A stretch of 63,974 nt of DNA, filler included, from Octopus bimaculoides (GCF_001194135.2; 9 parts of 8 records of this genome joined end to end with filler, not necessarily neighbours in it); one strand, 5' to 3'. Shown: positions 12,330-24,520, counted from the whole stretch's first letter. Notes: generated by a model from the sequence alone, not told the origin. Program-made: numbers and translations.

Positions 12330-12548
12330 TATAATACAGACAATCAAAACTAATTTTACTAGTCAATTAATTAATTAAGAAATGAGTTTAATTCAAGAAT
12401 GCAAGAGCTGATTTTGTATAATGTTATATCAATTTATTATTTTAAAATTAGTATGTAATATTAGAGTAAATTGAGGTAAAAATTAGCCAAAGCAATAAAC
12501 AATAGTTGAACAATTAAGACCGAAACAGAAAATTCCTGTATAACTTAC

Positions 12549-12703
12549 TTGAATGGTCAAGAGACTGGCTGGATCGGTGATGAGAATCCAAGTCAGCTTT
12601 GAGTTGTCTAAACATGTTTGAGCGTAGTTTATTATTTTGGTCAATTCCTTGCTCTAACTGTTGCCTTAAATTCTGTAGAGCTAACAATTCTCTCTCAACA
12701 TGG
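12549..12703 (-). CDS. Coiled-coil gene, visible exon 8 (HVERELLALQNLRQQLEQGIDQNNKLRSNMFRQL...)
   Basis: tcttttgtacag| and |gtaagt; 155 nt, phase 2 to 1. Resembles the recalled E-I-x-x-L-R-x-x-L-E-x-S-I-x-x-N-x-x-L segment of CDK5RAP2/myomegalin. Confidence 0.85.
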
Positions 12704-12825
12704 CTGTACAAAAGAAAGATTAATGTGTGTCTATAATTAACTGCATATTTCTTTCTTCTACATTTAACATTATTTTTACTGGTTTTTATTTGCAGATGAA
12801 ATATAAGTAACAGTGTTACAATTAC

Positions 12826-12941
12826 CTTGGCTCTTCAAAGGCACTTTTGCGTAGAGAAACCCAGATATTTTGTTCTGTTAATAATGAATCTCTTAATGCT
12901 TTCATTTCTTCTAGCTGCTGCTGCATTAATTCCCACATCTG
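12826..12941 (-). CDS. Coiled-coil gene, visible exon 7 (QMWELMQQQLEEMKALRDSLL...)
   Basis: tttccctag|CAG (NAGNAG) acceptor, AAG|gtaatt donor; 116 nt, phase 0 to 2. Confidence 0.8.
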
Positions 12942-13319
12942 CTAGGGAAATCGTAAAATTTACAATCAAATTTATTTGACCAAACAAATATATATTGGAT
13001 GTGTAACTTGTATGGAAAGCAAAGTACAAGTGGCTGGGCAGAGGAGGAAAGGACAAGATTAGATCTCAATGCTAGGTTTCATTGTTATGATGATGCAGGA
13101 AAAGGTGAATGGAAGTTTTCTACGCTTACAGGCCCCACCTGAGTATAGAACATTGGACAGTTAAACAACGATAGTGATGATAATGGTGATGATGATGATA
13201 TAGCTTTTTAAACTGAATATGAATCATATCAATTTCAGAGAGACTACAAAAGTTCAAGGGTGCAATCCTTCCTCCTGATTGTTATTACTTCACCCACTTC
13301 AAAACTAAAAAAAGGAAGG

Positions 13320-13630
13320 ATCTCCATTGGTCATGAATGACCATTGGATTGTACCTAGAAAGTTGCCCTCCAAGGCACAAGTCCAGGCAAGGTTGTTTAT
13401 AGAAGACCAACAGTTGCTCATGCATACCACTGATGTTATCCAAGAGAAAGGCAAAGGCCAATACAGCTTGGCACCAGTGACATCACATCTCAATTCTACA
13501 GCTGAGTGAACTGGAGCAACATGAAATAAAGTATCTTGCTCAAAAACACAACACACAGCCTGGTCTGGGAATCAAACTCACTGTCTCATGATTGCGAACC
13601 CAATGCTCTAACCACTGAGCCATGTGCCTT
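13320..13630 (-). mobile_element. tRNA-derived CORE-like SINE
   Basis: Minus-strand head tggctcagtggttagagc ... gagtttgattccc, then ttgagcaagatac (CORE-like). Confidence 0.7.
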
Positions 13631-14609
13631 CAAAACTACCTAATATGTTAATCATATATGTAAAATATGTTGGCAGGTTGTATGCAAGCCTTCATCTTTT
13701 GGTTTTGTTTTCCTTAAATGCTTTGTCAGATCTTTTCCAAGATTTCCATGACTGGTGGGAGGAAGAGAGGCAGTTATTCTTATNNNNNNNNNNNNNNNNN
13801 NNNNNNNNNNNNNNNNNNNNNNNNNNNNNNNNNNNNNNNNNNNNNNNNNNNNNNNNNNNNNNNNNNNNNNNNNNNNNNNNNNNNNNNNNNNNNNNNNNNN
13901 NNNNNNNNNNNNNNNNNNNNNNNNNNNNNNNNNNNNNNNNNNNNNNNNNNNNNNNNNNNNNNNNNNNNNNNNNNNNNNNNNNNNNNNNNNNNNNNNNNNN
14001 NNNNNNNNNNNNNNNNNNNNNNNNNNNNNNNNNNNNNNNNNNNNNGGGGTCTGGTCTGAATCTTTGCAATAGAGTGGACTCTTGTAAAGGCACTCATGGG
14101 CCAGTAGGTGGTGGTAGATTAAGCCTGCTGCCAAAGAACTAGAATGTTCACTTCTAAGGCCTACCACAATTTTTCTCTGCCAAATTTTACCCAAGATCAA
14201 ACCTGAGACACTCAAAACTGAAAATTCATCAGTGAGTGTCATTTGACATAATGTATGATAAAATGCTCACAACAGATTTTATCTCCCTTGTTCGTAAAAC
14301 ATTTTGAAAATTTTTAAATGCCAAATTGTGGCTTAGGCTAGTTTTAGATTTGAAACTAAGTATAGTTAAGTAATTCTCACTGAAATGAGATACCAACAAA
14401 TATATATTATAAGACTTTTTTAATCATGTGGTAAAGGGTTTACAAACAGTTTTGTTCTTTTTATAATAATTTGATAATATTTTGCTTTTAAGTTTTTTTA
14501 TTAAATATTCTTCAAATTCAGATGCTTAAAATTAGTGTTATGTAAATTTTAATATTTTTAACTGTTAACTTTCACTGTACTATGTTCTTCAATATCGTGT
14601 AACTGTTGT

Positions 14610-14990
14610 TGGCACTCCGTCGCTTACGACGTCGAGGGTTCCAGTTGATCCGATCAACGGAACAGCCTGCTCATGAAATTAACGTGCAAGTAGCTGAGCA
14701 CTCCACAGACATGTGTACCCTTAACGTAGTTCTTGGGGATATTCAGTGTGACACAGTGTGACAAGGCTGACCCTTTGAATTACAGGCACAACAGAAACAG
14801 GAAGTAAGAGTGAGAGAAAGTTGTGGTGAAAGAGTACAGCAGGGTTCGCCACCATCCCCTGCCGGAGCCTTGTGAAGCTTTAGGTGTTTTCGCTCAATAA
14901 ACACTCACAACGCCCAGTCTGGGAATCGAAACCGCGATCCTATGACCGCGAGTCCGCTACCCTAACCACTGGGCCATTGCGCTTCCACTC
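14610..14990 (-). mobile_element. tRNA-derived SINE with (ACA)n tail, well preserved
   Basis: Minus-strand head TGGCCCAGTGGTTAGGG ... GGTTTCGATTCCC; CpG-rich body; ends gagtgccaacaaca. Confidence 0.75.
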
Positions 14991-15867
14991 GGAGTAACTA
15001 TTTCAATAGTAAATAGAATTTCAAGTGTTTTAAAAATTCCTTTTAGTGATTATATTATAAAGGATAAAACTTTTTGAGTTATTAAGTATTTTAGTTTGCT
15101 GAATTTTTAAATAAATATAAATTTTCTTGATATTTCACTTACACTTTTCTGTCTTACTTTCTTTTTTTTCCATGTTTGTTCTCCAGCATTAAAACATGCT
15201 CAAATCTGACAATATAGTGTATGTTTTCAACCCATTTCTATTCACAGCATGCAGTTTGATAATGCTTAAACTACTAACTCTTTCTACTCAACTACACAAT
15301 GACAAGACTGAAAAGAAGCATAACTGCTTAAAAGTAAAAAAACTTCCTGACAGAATGTTACCACTAACAACAACAACAAAAATCCAGAAAAGGAACTCTG
15401 TGAGAACAGCAACTGCAAGGTCCTTAGAACAAGTGCTGAACAAGGCTTCCAGTAAACTTTCTTTTCTATTCTAATGGTAAAATTTATCTAATCAGAGTAA
15501 CACAGGGTACTTAGTGCTAGTCTTAAACAATATAAATCCCTGAAAATGATAGAGAACTGACAAATGTATTGGAGCAAAGGCCGTGGTGGTGAGAAAGTTG
15601 AGAATGTCAATTTCTAACATTGGCATAGAGTTATAAATTTGTAGGGAAGCGGACTAGTGAATCCAGTTGACTTCAATATATGACAGACACCTATTTTATT
15701 GACCCTGGAGAAATAACATTAAATACTGATAAGTCATATAATCCAGCAAATCACCATTTCAGCTCCTTCACTCTTCATATAAAGTCACAATAATAATAAT
15801 AATAAGTACTAGTCTTTTTGATTATCATAATTTATGAAAATTAAAATGAATAATTAAGATTATTGAC

Positions 15868-16011
15868 CTTCTGATCAGATTCTTTGACACTGCTGCGACA
15901 AGGTGAACTAGCTTCAGATGCACGATCTCTCATGTGAACATATTCTTTCCGCAGTTCCAGCAATGCTTGATTTTCTCGTTCAAGTTCCATCATACGCCCC
16001 TGCATCTTTTC
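15868..16011 (-). CDS. Coiled-coil gene, visible exon 6 (EKMQGRMMELERENQ...SDQK)
   Basis: tttttgttcataag| and AAG|gtcaat; 144 nt = 48 codons, phase 0-0. Confidence 0.85.
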
Positions 16012-16341
16012 CTTATGAACAAAAACACAAAATATAATTTGACATAAGATATGATTCAAAACTAAATTCTCACAAGTCTTGATGTTGTTTCAAAACCAAT
16101 TGACTAACAAGGCTATTATCCCGTGGAAATATAAATTAACAAAATACTCTCTAGAATTCAGCAATAACAATATAAGAAACATAATATGCGAGTCCTGAAG
16201 CCATACCAAAAAGCCAACAGTTGCAACCTTATTTTTGGCAATGTTTTAAAATATATTTTTGAGAGAATAAACAAAGAAAAACACAAGGATAACAAACAGA
16301 TATTAATATTACAAGAGTGTAATGTAAAATTAATGACAAAT

Positions 16342-16780
16342 TTCGCACAAAGTGACTTCACATGTGATGGAGATAGCAGAAGTAGATTATCACAAGAAAT
16401 ACAAGCATTAAGATAAAATTCATTGTGATATTGCATGTGTAATTTACTGCAAGTTATTGGTCACTGGTAGAAAGTTAGTTGCAGAAGTGGGACTAAATGG
16501 AATGAGAAAAGGAAGAAGAATGTAATTGATTGAAGAGATGATGGTTGTAGCTAGCAAAGTTAGTTTAAATCATTCTAACAATGAGGATCAATCAATTTCT
16601 GTGAGATGAAACAACCAGTGTAATACAGGTGACTATTTAGACCAGAGAATGAAGGTAATAATAACTTAGTAGAATTCTAAAAAGACATATGGTCAAAAGT
16701 TGCAGTAAGGTAAACGTCAAATTTATCTCCTAAAACAAAATTTACTGAGAAAAATATTAATCTGGATTAGATTGATTATA
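16342..16780. repeat. Copy 1 of a 439-bp direct duplication (copy 2 at 17360-17798)
   Basis: Identical by eye at an offset of 1018 bp. Confidence 0.9.
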
Positions 16781-17359
16781 TTTTTAACAGCTTATTTTGT
16801 ACAGCTGGCAACAGTTATAGGGCTCAGATAAAGAACATTTGCCCCAATAATATGCTGATATCTATATTTGAAAAAACATGCTATCATGGCAAAAATGGGT
16901 ATAAAATAAAAGAGAGGTAACAGCAAAAATAAGCTGAAAGAATTAAAGTTAAGAAATTTTAATTTTTAATAATGAAAGGAAATTTGTTTTTGAACTGTAT
17001 ATCTATAATTTTACAGGAAATACCATTTGAAGAATTTATCTTCATGTAGAATAAACTAGTACAGGTCAATCTGGTACAGACCAGCTATCTTCAAAGAAAA
17101 ACATCTAAACTTATGTTTCAGTTACATTATTTTTTTACATGACAATTCAGTGTCAGGGTTTTCTGTACTAGATGGGAATGAATAAAGATAATTATGATAA
17201 GGAAGAACACCATCATCAACATCAACACATATGCACACACCATTTACATGTTGCAGGAAAATTAATTTCAAATTACAAATCAAACAGTTGCAGGGAGCCC
17301 TGTTTGTTTAATTTTGATAATGAGGACAACTAGGATTTCAAGACGCAGTAAAAAGTGAC

Positions 17360-17798
17360 TTCGCACAAAGTGACTTCACATGTGATGGAGATAGCAGAAG
17401 TAGATTATCACAAGAAATACAAGCATTAAGATAAAATTCATTGTGATATTGCATGTGTAATTTACTGCAAGTTATTGGTCACTGGTAGAAAGTTAGTTGC
17501 AGAAGTGGGACTAAATGGAATGAGAAAAGGAAGAAGAATGTAATTGATTGAAGAGATGATGGTTGTAGCTAGCAAAGTTAGTTTAAATCATTCTAACAAT
17601 GAGGATCAATCAATTTCTGTGAGATGAAACAACCAGTGTAATACAGGTGACTATTTAGACCAGAGAATGAAGGTAATAATAACTTAGTAGAATTCTAAAA
17701 AGACATATGGTCAAAAGTTGCAGTAAGGTAAACGTCAAATTTATCTCCTAAAACAAAATTTACTGAGAAAAATATTAATCTGGATTAGATTGATTATA
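17360..17798. repeat. Copy 2 of the 439-bp duplication, flanked by the 10-bp direct repeat CAGTAAAAAG
   Basis: CAGTAAAAAG at 17346-17355 and 17799-17808; 4 extra nt (tgac) at the left junction. Confidence 0.85.
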
Positions 17799-17815
17799 CA
17801 GTAAAAAGAACTTAC

Positions 17816-17863
17816 AGCATCCATTCGAGCCTTATGTTCAAAGTTCCATGCAGTAAAGAGTTC
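17816..17863 (-). CDS. Coiled-coil gene, visible exon 5 (ELFTAWNFEHKARMDA)
   Basis: ttcttctttttctttag| and |gtaagt; 48 nt, phase 0-0. Confidence 0.8.
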
Positions 17864-18621
17864 CTAAAGAAAAAGAAGAAAAGGACAATGATCAATTAAC
17901 TTCTTCCAAGCAGTAATCAACAAATCAAAAATAATCTATTTTCCTAAAAGTTAGTAGACCCAAAGGTAATAATTTTTATGAGATGAAAGAAGTTCTTGGA
18001 ATAGGATTAAATTCCAAAAGTACAGCAATCCATCAATTTCAAACTGTTCTTCTGAAGACTAATTAATATATTTATGTAAAACAGAAATCTATAAAGTTAT
18101 TAAATATATAAAGGCTGTTATACTTGTGATTTAAGACAGCAGAAAATGTTTTTATAATGTAGATTTTGTTTTATAATAGAGTATAATCAGAAAAGGGAGG
18201 GTAGTGCTCAAGACCTCTGAAATTGGTAAGCAGAAGGGAGGGATACGCCAAAGGCACACTAAGGTATTGAATTATCTTTAGATTGGAGACATGTACCAAA
18301 TGTTTGCAACTTGGTTAATGGTAACCACGGGCCAAGTGGTAACATTAAACCAAGAAATGAATTTATTAGTTCTATCACACCCAAATAACTTTAGTCCAAT
18401 GAGTTTCTGCAAGGTTTTGGTCAATTTGAGGCGATGGTGGAAGACACTTACCTCAGGTGCTGTGCAGAGGGATCAGAATAATTAATCACATGACTGTCAG
18501 TGCCCCCACTTTGTTACATTTTACTTACATAAACACAAACGCACATGCGTGTGTGTGTGTGTGTGTATATGCAAGAGCACCAACAATGATGCAAATAGAA
18601 CACAACAGTATTATACCTTAC

Positions 18622-18671
18622 CTCTTTAGCCTTTTTAAGTTGTTCCTCAAGGTTCTGTAATTTCTCATTAA
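18622..18671 (-). CDS. Coiled-coil gene, visible exon 4 (VNEKLQNLEEQLKKAKE)
   Basis: ttattttattttag| and GAG|gtaagg; 50 nt, phase 1 to 0. Confidence 0.85.
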
Positions 18672-20120
18672 CTAAAATAAAATAATAAACACATTGTGTT
18701 ATATAAAATATCCATCGTCATCAGTTGACAATAATTATAATAATAATTTAAAAGGTTTCAGAATAATAATTTAATAATAATAATAATAATTTTAAAGGTT
18801 TCAGAATAACAATTTAAAAGGTTCAGAAGCTTTGATTGTTCTACATTCATTTTCCATGCTAGCACGGGTTAGGTACAGGTTAGATGCATATATTACTGAG
18901 ACATTGTTCTCCAACTGGGTGTTTTTCTTGTCACTAATCCTTCCATGATTTTCAAGCAGGAAATAAATTTAATAAGTTGTTTGATCATGGAGAAAAGTTC
19001 AAGCCTGCCTTGAGCCTATGTTGGTCTCTATAATACTTAAATGACTTAAAAGCTCCTCTCTTAGCAGGTCACTAATCCATTGCAGGGACATTCCATACCG
19101 TGTTCAACTATGACTGGTTGTCCCATGTTTTTATATATATATATTTGCCAAGAACAATGTGTTCTGACACAGAGAGGGTATAGCTGGTATTAATTAATCT
19201 TAATGGTGGTTAAAAAATATCATTGATCTTTATCAGATTTGAACACTGAAATACAAGGCACAATGAAGTAAATACTTTAAAACATTTAGTTACCAATTCT
19301 GCTTTCCAACTATTTGTATAAATTTAAAAACTAGAAAATGATCTTGCATTTAGCAAGTATTTTTAAAATCTTGGAATATTAATACACAGTAAGTTAGCTA
19401 AACCCTTTTTCTTTCAGCTTTTGAAGTTTATTACTGGTGTATCTTATTAGTGAGTTCCAACTTCAGACATCATATCCCATTGAGTTAAATGAAAATCTTA
19501 CAGACTTTTAGCATCAGTAATAGCTATTGAATATAGACATTGAGTTTTATTTAGGCAAAAGTACTTCTTTTGTTAAAAGAGGTCGAGCAAACAGCAGTTT
19601 GTAAGTATGTAAAATGTAATATATTACTGATGCATATTTTCTTAGGCTTCATAAAAGATATAGAAGTGAAATCCCACCAGCATTTGAACTCAGAAACTAA
19701 AGCACTTTACTCTAGCCCCATAGAAATACTTTAGTCCTTTTTCAAATTTCCAGAATTTTGGAGTTAGTGCTCTTAGATGGTCCCAGCAGTGTGAAGTAGA
19801 TGTGTGCCATATCTTTCCTTGGATAAGATATAAATCTATCACAAATGGATCTACATAGGGAAGACATTAAACTTGGCACTGCAAGCCAATGAACTGCTTG
19901 TCAATTTTATATTGCTGCTATTTACACTGATGAATGATTTACTGTGGTAGCTTTCTACAGCAATGTAGCCTCAGCAGTTGTGAGCTAAATGTATTGAACG
20001 AATGAACTCACTAACACTGGCAAAATATGAATGAATCCAATGACTATCTACAGTCTTTGGATTATGTTGAGCATTTCAATTATAAATAAAAACGTGCAAC
20101 AAAAACGATGAAAGACTTAC

Positions 20121-20277
20121 CTTCAGGAACAGAATCATTGTCTTGGTACTTCCGGAGTTCATCCTGTATATACTGGAATTCTATAGACATTGTTTGTTGT
20201 TTGGCAGCTTCTTGTGAATTGGATTCCTGAAGTTGACGGATGAGAGACTCTTTCTGCTGACAGCTATCCACCAACGT
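20121..20277 (-). CDS. Coiled-coil gene, visible exon 3 (TLVDSCQQKESLIRQLQES...VPE)
   Basis: cttgcttcag| and GAAG|gtaagt; 157 nt, phase 0 to 1. IKTLVDSCQQKESLIRQL resembles recalled CDK5RAP2 IKHLTESTNQKDVLLQK. Confidence 0.85.
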
Positions 20278-20479
20278 CTGAAGCAAGCATTATTATATAA
20301 TACATTGTTAATGAATTATAAAGATAGATATCATATATTAGTTATAATAGTAAACTATAAAACAAATTTATGTTAAAACTTCAGTTCAATAGTGAACTTT
20401 ATATTTTGACGTGACCATACTTGGGTGCACTGAAGACATATATCACATATACACACACACAAACATTGTTTTACTGGGG

Positions 20480-20728
20480 AGCATTCCTAATCTTGTGGGC
20501 TCATGGGTGCTGGTGGCATGTAAAAAGCACCTGTACTGGTACCACATAAATGCACCCATGCTGGTGCTGTGTAAAAGCACCCAGTACAATCTGTAAAATG
20601 GTTGGTGTTAGGAAGGTTATCCAGCTGTAGAAGCCATGCCAAAACAGACATAGAGCCTGGGCAGCCCTTCAGCTAGCCAGCTCTTGTCAAACCGTCCAAC
20701 CTATGCCAGCATGGAAAACTGATATTAA

Positions 20729-20764
<36 letters not shown>

Positions 20765-20765
20765 G
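20480..20765 (+). mobile_element. SINE family C with (GAT)n tail
   Basis: ggttggtgttaggaaggttatccagctgtagaa ... ccagcatggaaaactgatattaaatgatgatgatg. Confidence 0.7.
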
Positions 20766-21118
20766 CGGTTGCACTCAGCCAGCTTGGTTGGGGTTGTACT
20801 TGGGTACCACCATCAATGCAGCCTGCATTCGGCATTTATTTGGTAAATGATATTTGATGCCTGTATGCTCAGATGTATCTTGCTGTGTGATACTGGTCAA
20901 TCAACATCCTTTAGAGTAGAATGTTCAATTGTTTTAACTTTTTGACATCTTTACTATGCAGAATCTTATGTTTTTGTAGGAGGCTACTGAAGAGCAAAGT
21001 CTGGCCCAAAGTCTTCACACTGTTACCATTTTAGCAATATGTGCAAGAAATGTTACTCTATTAGCACAGGTTTTGACTACAGCACCGTTTAAAGGGGGAA
21101 AAAAAGCCTCCTATATAC

Positions 21119-21214
21119 CTTTATTGTTTTATCTCTATCTTCCAGTGAAGAACGCAACTTTTTCAATTCTGTCTCTTGCATCTTTTCAATAAGTGCAGAA
21201 TTAGCTTCTAAAGT
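21119..21214 (-). CDS. Coiled-coil gene, visible exon 2 (TLEANSALIEKMQETELKKLRSSLEDRDKTIK)
   Basis: ttttcttatttgcag| and AAG|gtatat; 96 nt, phase 0-0. Confidence 0.85.
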
Positions 21215-21424
21215 CTGCAAATAAGAAAAGATTTTAAATGAAAAATATTAATAAACAGCTCAGTTGATGATATTGTTATAATGAGAATGACATAAAGTAA
21301 ATAGATTGCAGTTGAAAGGAGAAAATAATCAAAATTCCCCTCCCCACATGATGCTGAAACAGATACTGTAAAACATCTTCTATACATACAAATTCCATCA
21401 ACTTGCTATTATAGTTCAACATAC

Positions 21425-21520
21425 CTGAATTTCATAATCTTTGCGGCTGATTTCCAAGCGTAACTTCTGCAGTTCCCTGATTTTGTCGGCCATTTCTAAG
21501 TTCTGTTTATCAATTAGATT
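21425..21520 (-). CDS. Coiled-coil gene (CDK5RAP2/myomegalin/centrosomin-like), most 5' visible exon (NLIDKQNLEMADKIRELQKLRLEISRKDYEIQ)
   Basis: tttttttttattcag| and CAG|gtatgt; 96 nt, phase 0-0. The exon call is firm; the family assignment is only about 0.55. Confidence 0.85.
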
Positions 21521-21825
21521 CTGAATAAAAAAAAAATGAAAAGACAATATTTTTCATAATTATGTTTTTATTCCACTGTTGCAGACTACAAAAAAAAAAA
21601 AAAGACAAACTATGCTTCAATAATTTTAATGATAAAGATGGATGAAACCAAATTCATTGATAATCTTCAAGGGTCACCTTTTAAGCTACAATGCAACTAG
21701 GAGTCCTACCAATAAAATCACTGGTATCAAATGATTTGCAACTAAGATTAGTGAATTCAATTTTAACCTCAGGTAATGTGTGTATGTATGTGTGTATATA
21801 TATATATATATAATTTTGGGACTGC

Positions 21826-21905
21826 CATGTTGGCTTGGCGATAACTATTAATTTCCAGTACCGCTGCCGTAGTCTCCTTTAGAGAGACTTAGAAATATTA
21901 ATAAC
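21826..21905. repeat. Unclassified interspersed repeat (reverse-complement copy at about 62064-62143)
   Basis: gccatgttggcttggcgataactattaat..agtaccgctgccgtagtctcctttag occurs in both places; internal AGTCTC/GAGACT hairpin. Confidence 0.7.
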
Positions 21906-21934
21906 TCTATTTATATATATATATATATATATAT

Positions 21935-22034
21935 NNNNNNNNNNNNNNNNNNNNNNNNNNNNNNNNNNNNNNNNNNNNTTAATTAATTAANNNNNNNNNN
22001 NNNNNNNNNNNNNNNNNNNNNNNNNNNNNNNNNN
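21935..22034. other. Artificial scaffold join (44 N + TTAATTAATTAA + 44 N); the same 12-mer also at 39475, 42659, 45471, 52709, 58026, 59871 and 61948
   Basis: Identical 100-bp layout; the palindromic 12-mer places TAA stops in all six frames. Confidence 0.9.
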
Positions 22035-22390
22035 ACACCACCCACAAATCTGGTCGGTGGCTTTCAACAGGTTGTCCCGCAGAAATCTCCAATTGTTTTC
22101 CACGTTGTATGATGCTATATCCCCTTCTATTTCGTTAAATGCTTCAAGTAACTTGTCTCTAAGTCTCTGTCCGTTTGCAGGGTCTTTAAGCTTCCACACC
22201 CTTCTCCTCCAAGCCTGTCTAATTCTGGGCACCCATTTTGCCTTGATCCCAAAGTCGTTAACTACTAATCTATGTTGTGGGGTACATTCTTCGCCAGGGT
22301 AGGTTTTGGCATTTATAAGCCGCCCTCGTTCCCTATTTCTGGCGAGGATGTAGTCGACTTGGCTAGAGTGTCTGCCGGAGCGGTATATAT
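22035..22390 (-). pseudogene. RTE-clade LINE fragment (end of APE endonuclease and linker)
   Basis: YRSGRHSSQVDYIL..AKTYPGEECTPQHRLVV..WKLKD..W..LRDNLLKATDQICG; open until the N gap. Confidence 0.85.
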
Positions 22391-23334
22391 ATAAAATTTT
22401 ACTTACACATACACACATGCATGTACACACATGCAGTATTGTTTAAAATCCTGGTTATTCCCAATCAGACAGTTTGGAAGTCATTCCAAATGTGACCATC
22501 CCATATTTTTGCATAATCTTTGACTATAGCTGTTTACTTTGAATGTGATAAATTTTAGTAAGTGTAAATGTTTGGGTATTCTACAGTATGATGCACCATT
22601 TCTCCTTCACACAATTCTCAGGTTGAATCCGCATGATACAATGTGATACGGTCTGGATCTTTAAATTATACAAATAATCGAGAGGGAAGAATCATCTCTC
22701 TTCCTAGATGGGTGTGGTGTGCTAAATTTTTCAACCTGGAAATATGAAACACAAAGTTGACCTTTGAAGGATTTGATCTTGCATGCAAAAATGATAGAGA
22801 TGATTTTTCTTGAACCTTTAAAAAAATTTTTTCATTTTCATATAGTGGTTATTTCCTATCTCCTAATATTGAATGAGTGAATGAATATGCCCACCCTCAA
22901 AGCTGAAGGTCAAGAGTGGGTAGCCTCAGACACAACCACCTCATCTTGTCACACAAACTCTGCAGGCCTATGCTGCCATGGTCCTCTCCAATTAATCCTT
23001 GATGTCATCATCACTCTATCTTCCAATTTTGAGCCTTTCTTGTTGTCCACTCAGTCTCTGCTGGTGTGCACACACTTGTTGACGCTGGTCAGTTTTCCTC
23101 CAAGAAATTCTTTGTTCTATGCACCATACAGTTGATCTGCAGTGCTCATCTGCAACACGTCATCTAGGACTTCATCAGTCACTTTCTGTCTGCCTATCCA
23201 TAAAGTTGGTTGAACAGACAGTTTTTTACACTTTCAAACATGTCCTTTGGCTTATTTTACATAAGACAAAATATTTTAGTCTTTCAACTCAAAATATTGT
23301 TATTTCAAACACACATCTACAGATAAAATACTTG

Positions 23335-23650
23335 GACACATCTTCAATGTTGTATTCTGGGGTCACAGATGGTTTTGGATCTTATTCACCCCATTCATGC
23401 TACACAACCCATGTTGACCAAGCCTTGGTTTGTCTCTTCATGGCTGCCTCAGCAGTCTCTGCATTGTTCTTGATGGCTCAATGCCCAGGGATCTACAGGC
23501 CTTCCTCACAATGTGACCTGCAAACCCTTGACTGACAACCTCCATCAGCAAAGACCATTCTCCTCCCATTCTTGTTGCAATCCTCCACCAACTCCTGCTA
23601 TTTACTTCTTTTCCTCTCCTTCCATGACACAGTTAACTCCAATAGAATTA
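23335..23650 (-). mobile_element. Hero-type (RLE non-LTR) retrotransposon 3' fragment
   Basis: Degenerate LLELTVSW..RKRSK..ELVEDC..EV.SQGFAG..ACRSLGI, followed by 3' UTR tgaccccagaatacaacattgaagatgtgtcc. Confidence 0.6.
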
Positions 23651-23844
23651 GCAGCCTTAAACTAATTGTTGTAATGATGGCAAAAAGCCAAGTCTGACAT
23701 AGATATATTTTATATTCTGAAAAAGTTGTGATGTGAGTGTACTATGAGTTATTTTACTATTTTCATAGAAAATATTATTGGTCATTACAAGTTAATATTT
23801 GAAATACTTAGTTAATTTATTAGGTTTAAACTTGAAACTGCGCT

Positions 23845-24520
23845 TTGCAACCACATGGCTTGGATTTTAGTCCCACTGTATGGCATCTTGGGCAAGTGTC
23901 TTCTATTATAACTCTGGGCAGACCAATGCCTTGTGAGTGAATTTGGTAGACAGAAACTGTTGGGAAGCCTGTCATGTGTACATATATATATATATGCATC
24001 TCTCTGTCTCTCTTGCTTGCTTCCTCTGAGTGGATAAGCTATCTCCTCTGCAGTAATATACCTGTTTCTGTCTTCATTCTTGATCTCTCTCTCTTTCTCT
24101 GACTGGGTAATCATGTATCTCTTCTACAGCAAGACACCTGTTTCTACTCCTCTGCCAAACTCTCACCTCTCATCACCTGGCACAAAGCCACCTCTTTCAC
24201 AACACCTCTCCCAAAGGATCTTTGTCTTGCAAGTTACTTGGTGACCCCGTCAATGCTGGTGCATCCAGTCCATACTGAAAAGTTGGTGTTTGGAGGGGCA
24301 TCCAGCTGTAAAAACCATGCCAAAACTGGCCTCACTGGTACTAGTGTCATGTAAAACGCACTCGGTCCACTCTGTATGGTAGTTGGTGTTAGGAAGGGCA
24401 TCCAACCATAAACAAACCCTGCCAAAACAGACAGTGAAGTCAGATCCAGTTTTCTGCCTAACTAGCCCCTGTCAAACCGTCCAACCCATGCTAGCATGGA
24501 AAATGGACTTTAAATGATGA
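23845..24520 (+). mobile_element. SINE family A (about 23845-24240) followed by SINE family C (about 24240-24520)
   Basis: ttagtcccactg..cttgggcaagtgtcttctattata; later ggttggtgttaggaagggcatcc..gctagcatggaaaatggactttaaatgatga. Confidence 0.7.

Noticed and set aside
13060-13150. Acceptor-like ctcag|GTGGGG on the minus strand
   Set aside because: All three frames hit stops before a donor.
14920-14990. tRNA-like sequence, here and at other SINE heads (5510, 13560, 60150, 63212)
   Set aside because: A and B boxes are present, but there is no complete acceptor stem and each continues into a SINE body.
16186-16416. Plus-strand ORF ending SRLSQEIQALR
   Set aside because: Short, antisense within an intron, no splice support; the coiled-coil look is probably chance.
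18445-18475. Perfect AG|GTAAGT donor on the minus strand
   Set aside because: It lies in a degraded SINE family A segment (aagacactt..aggtg..gcag..ggat) with no plausible exon.
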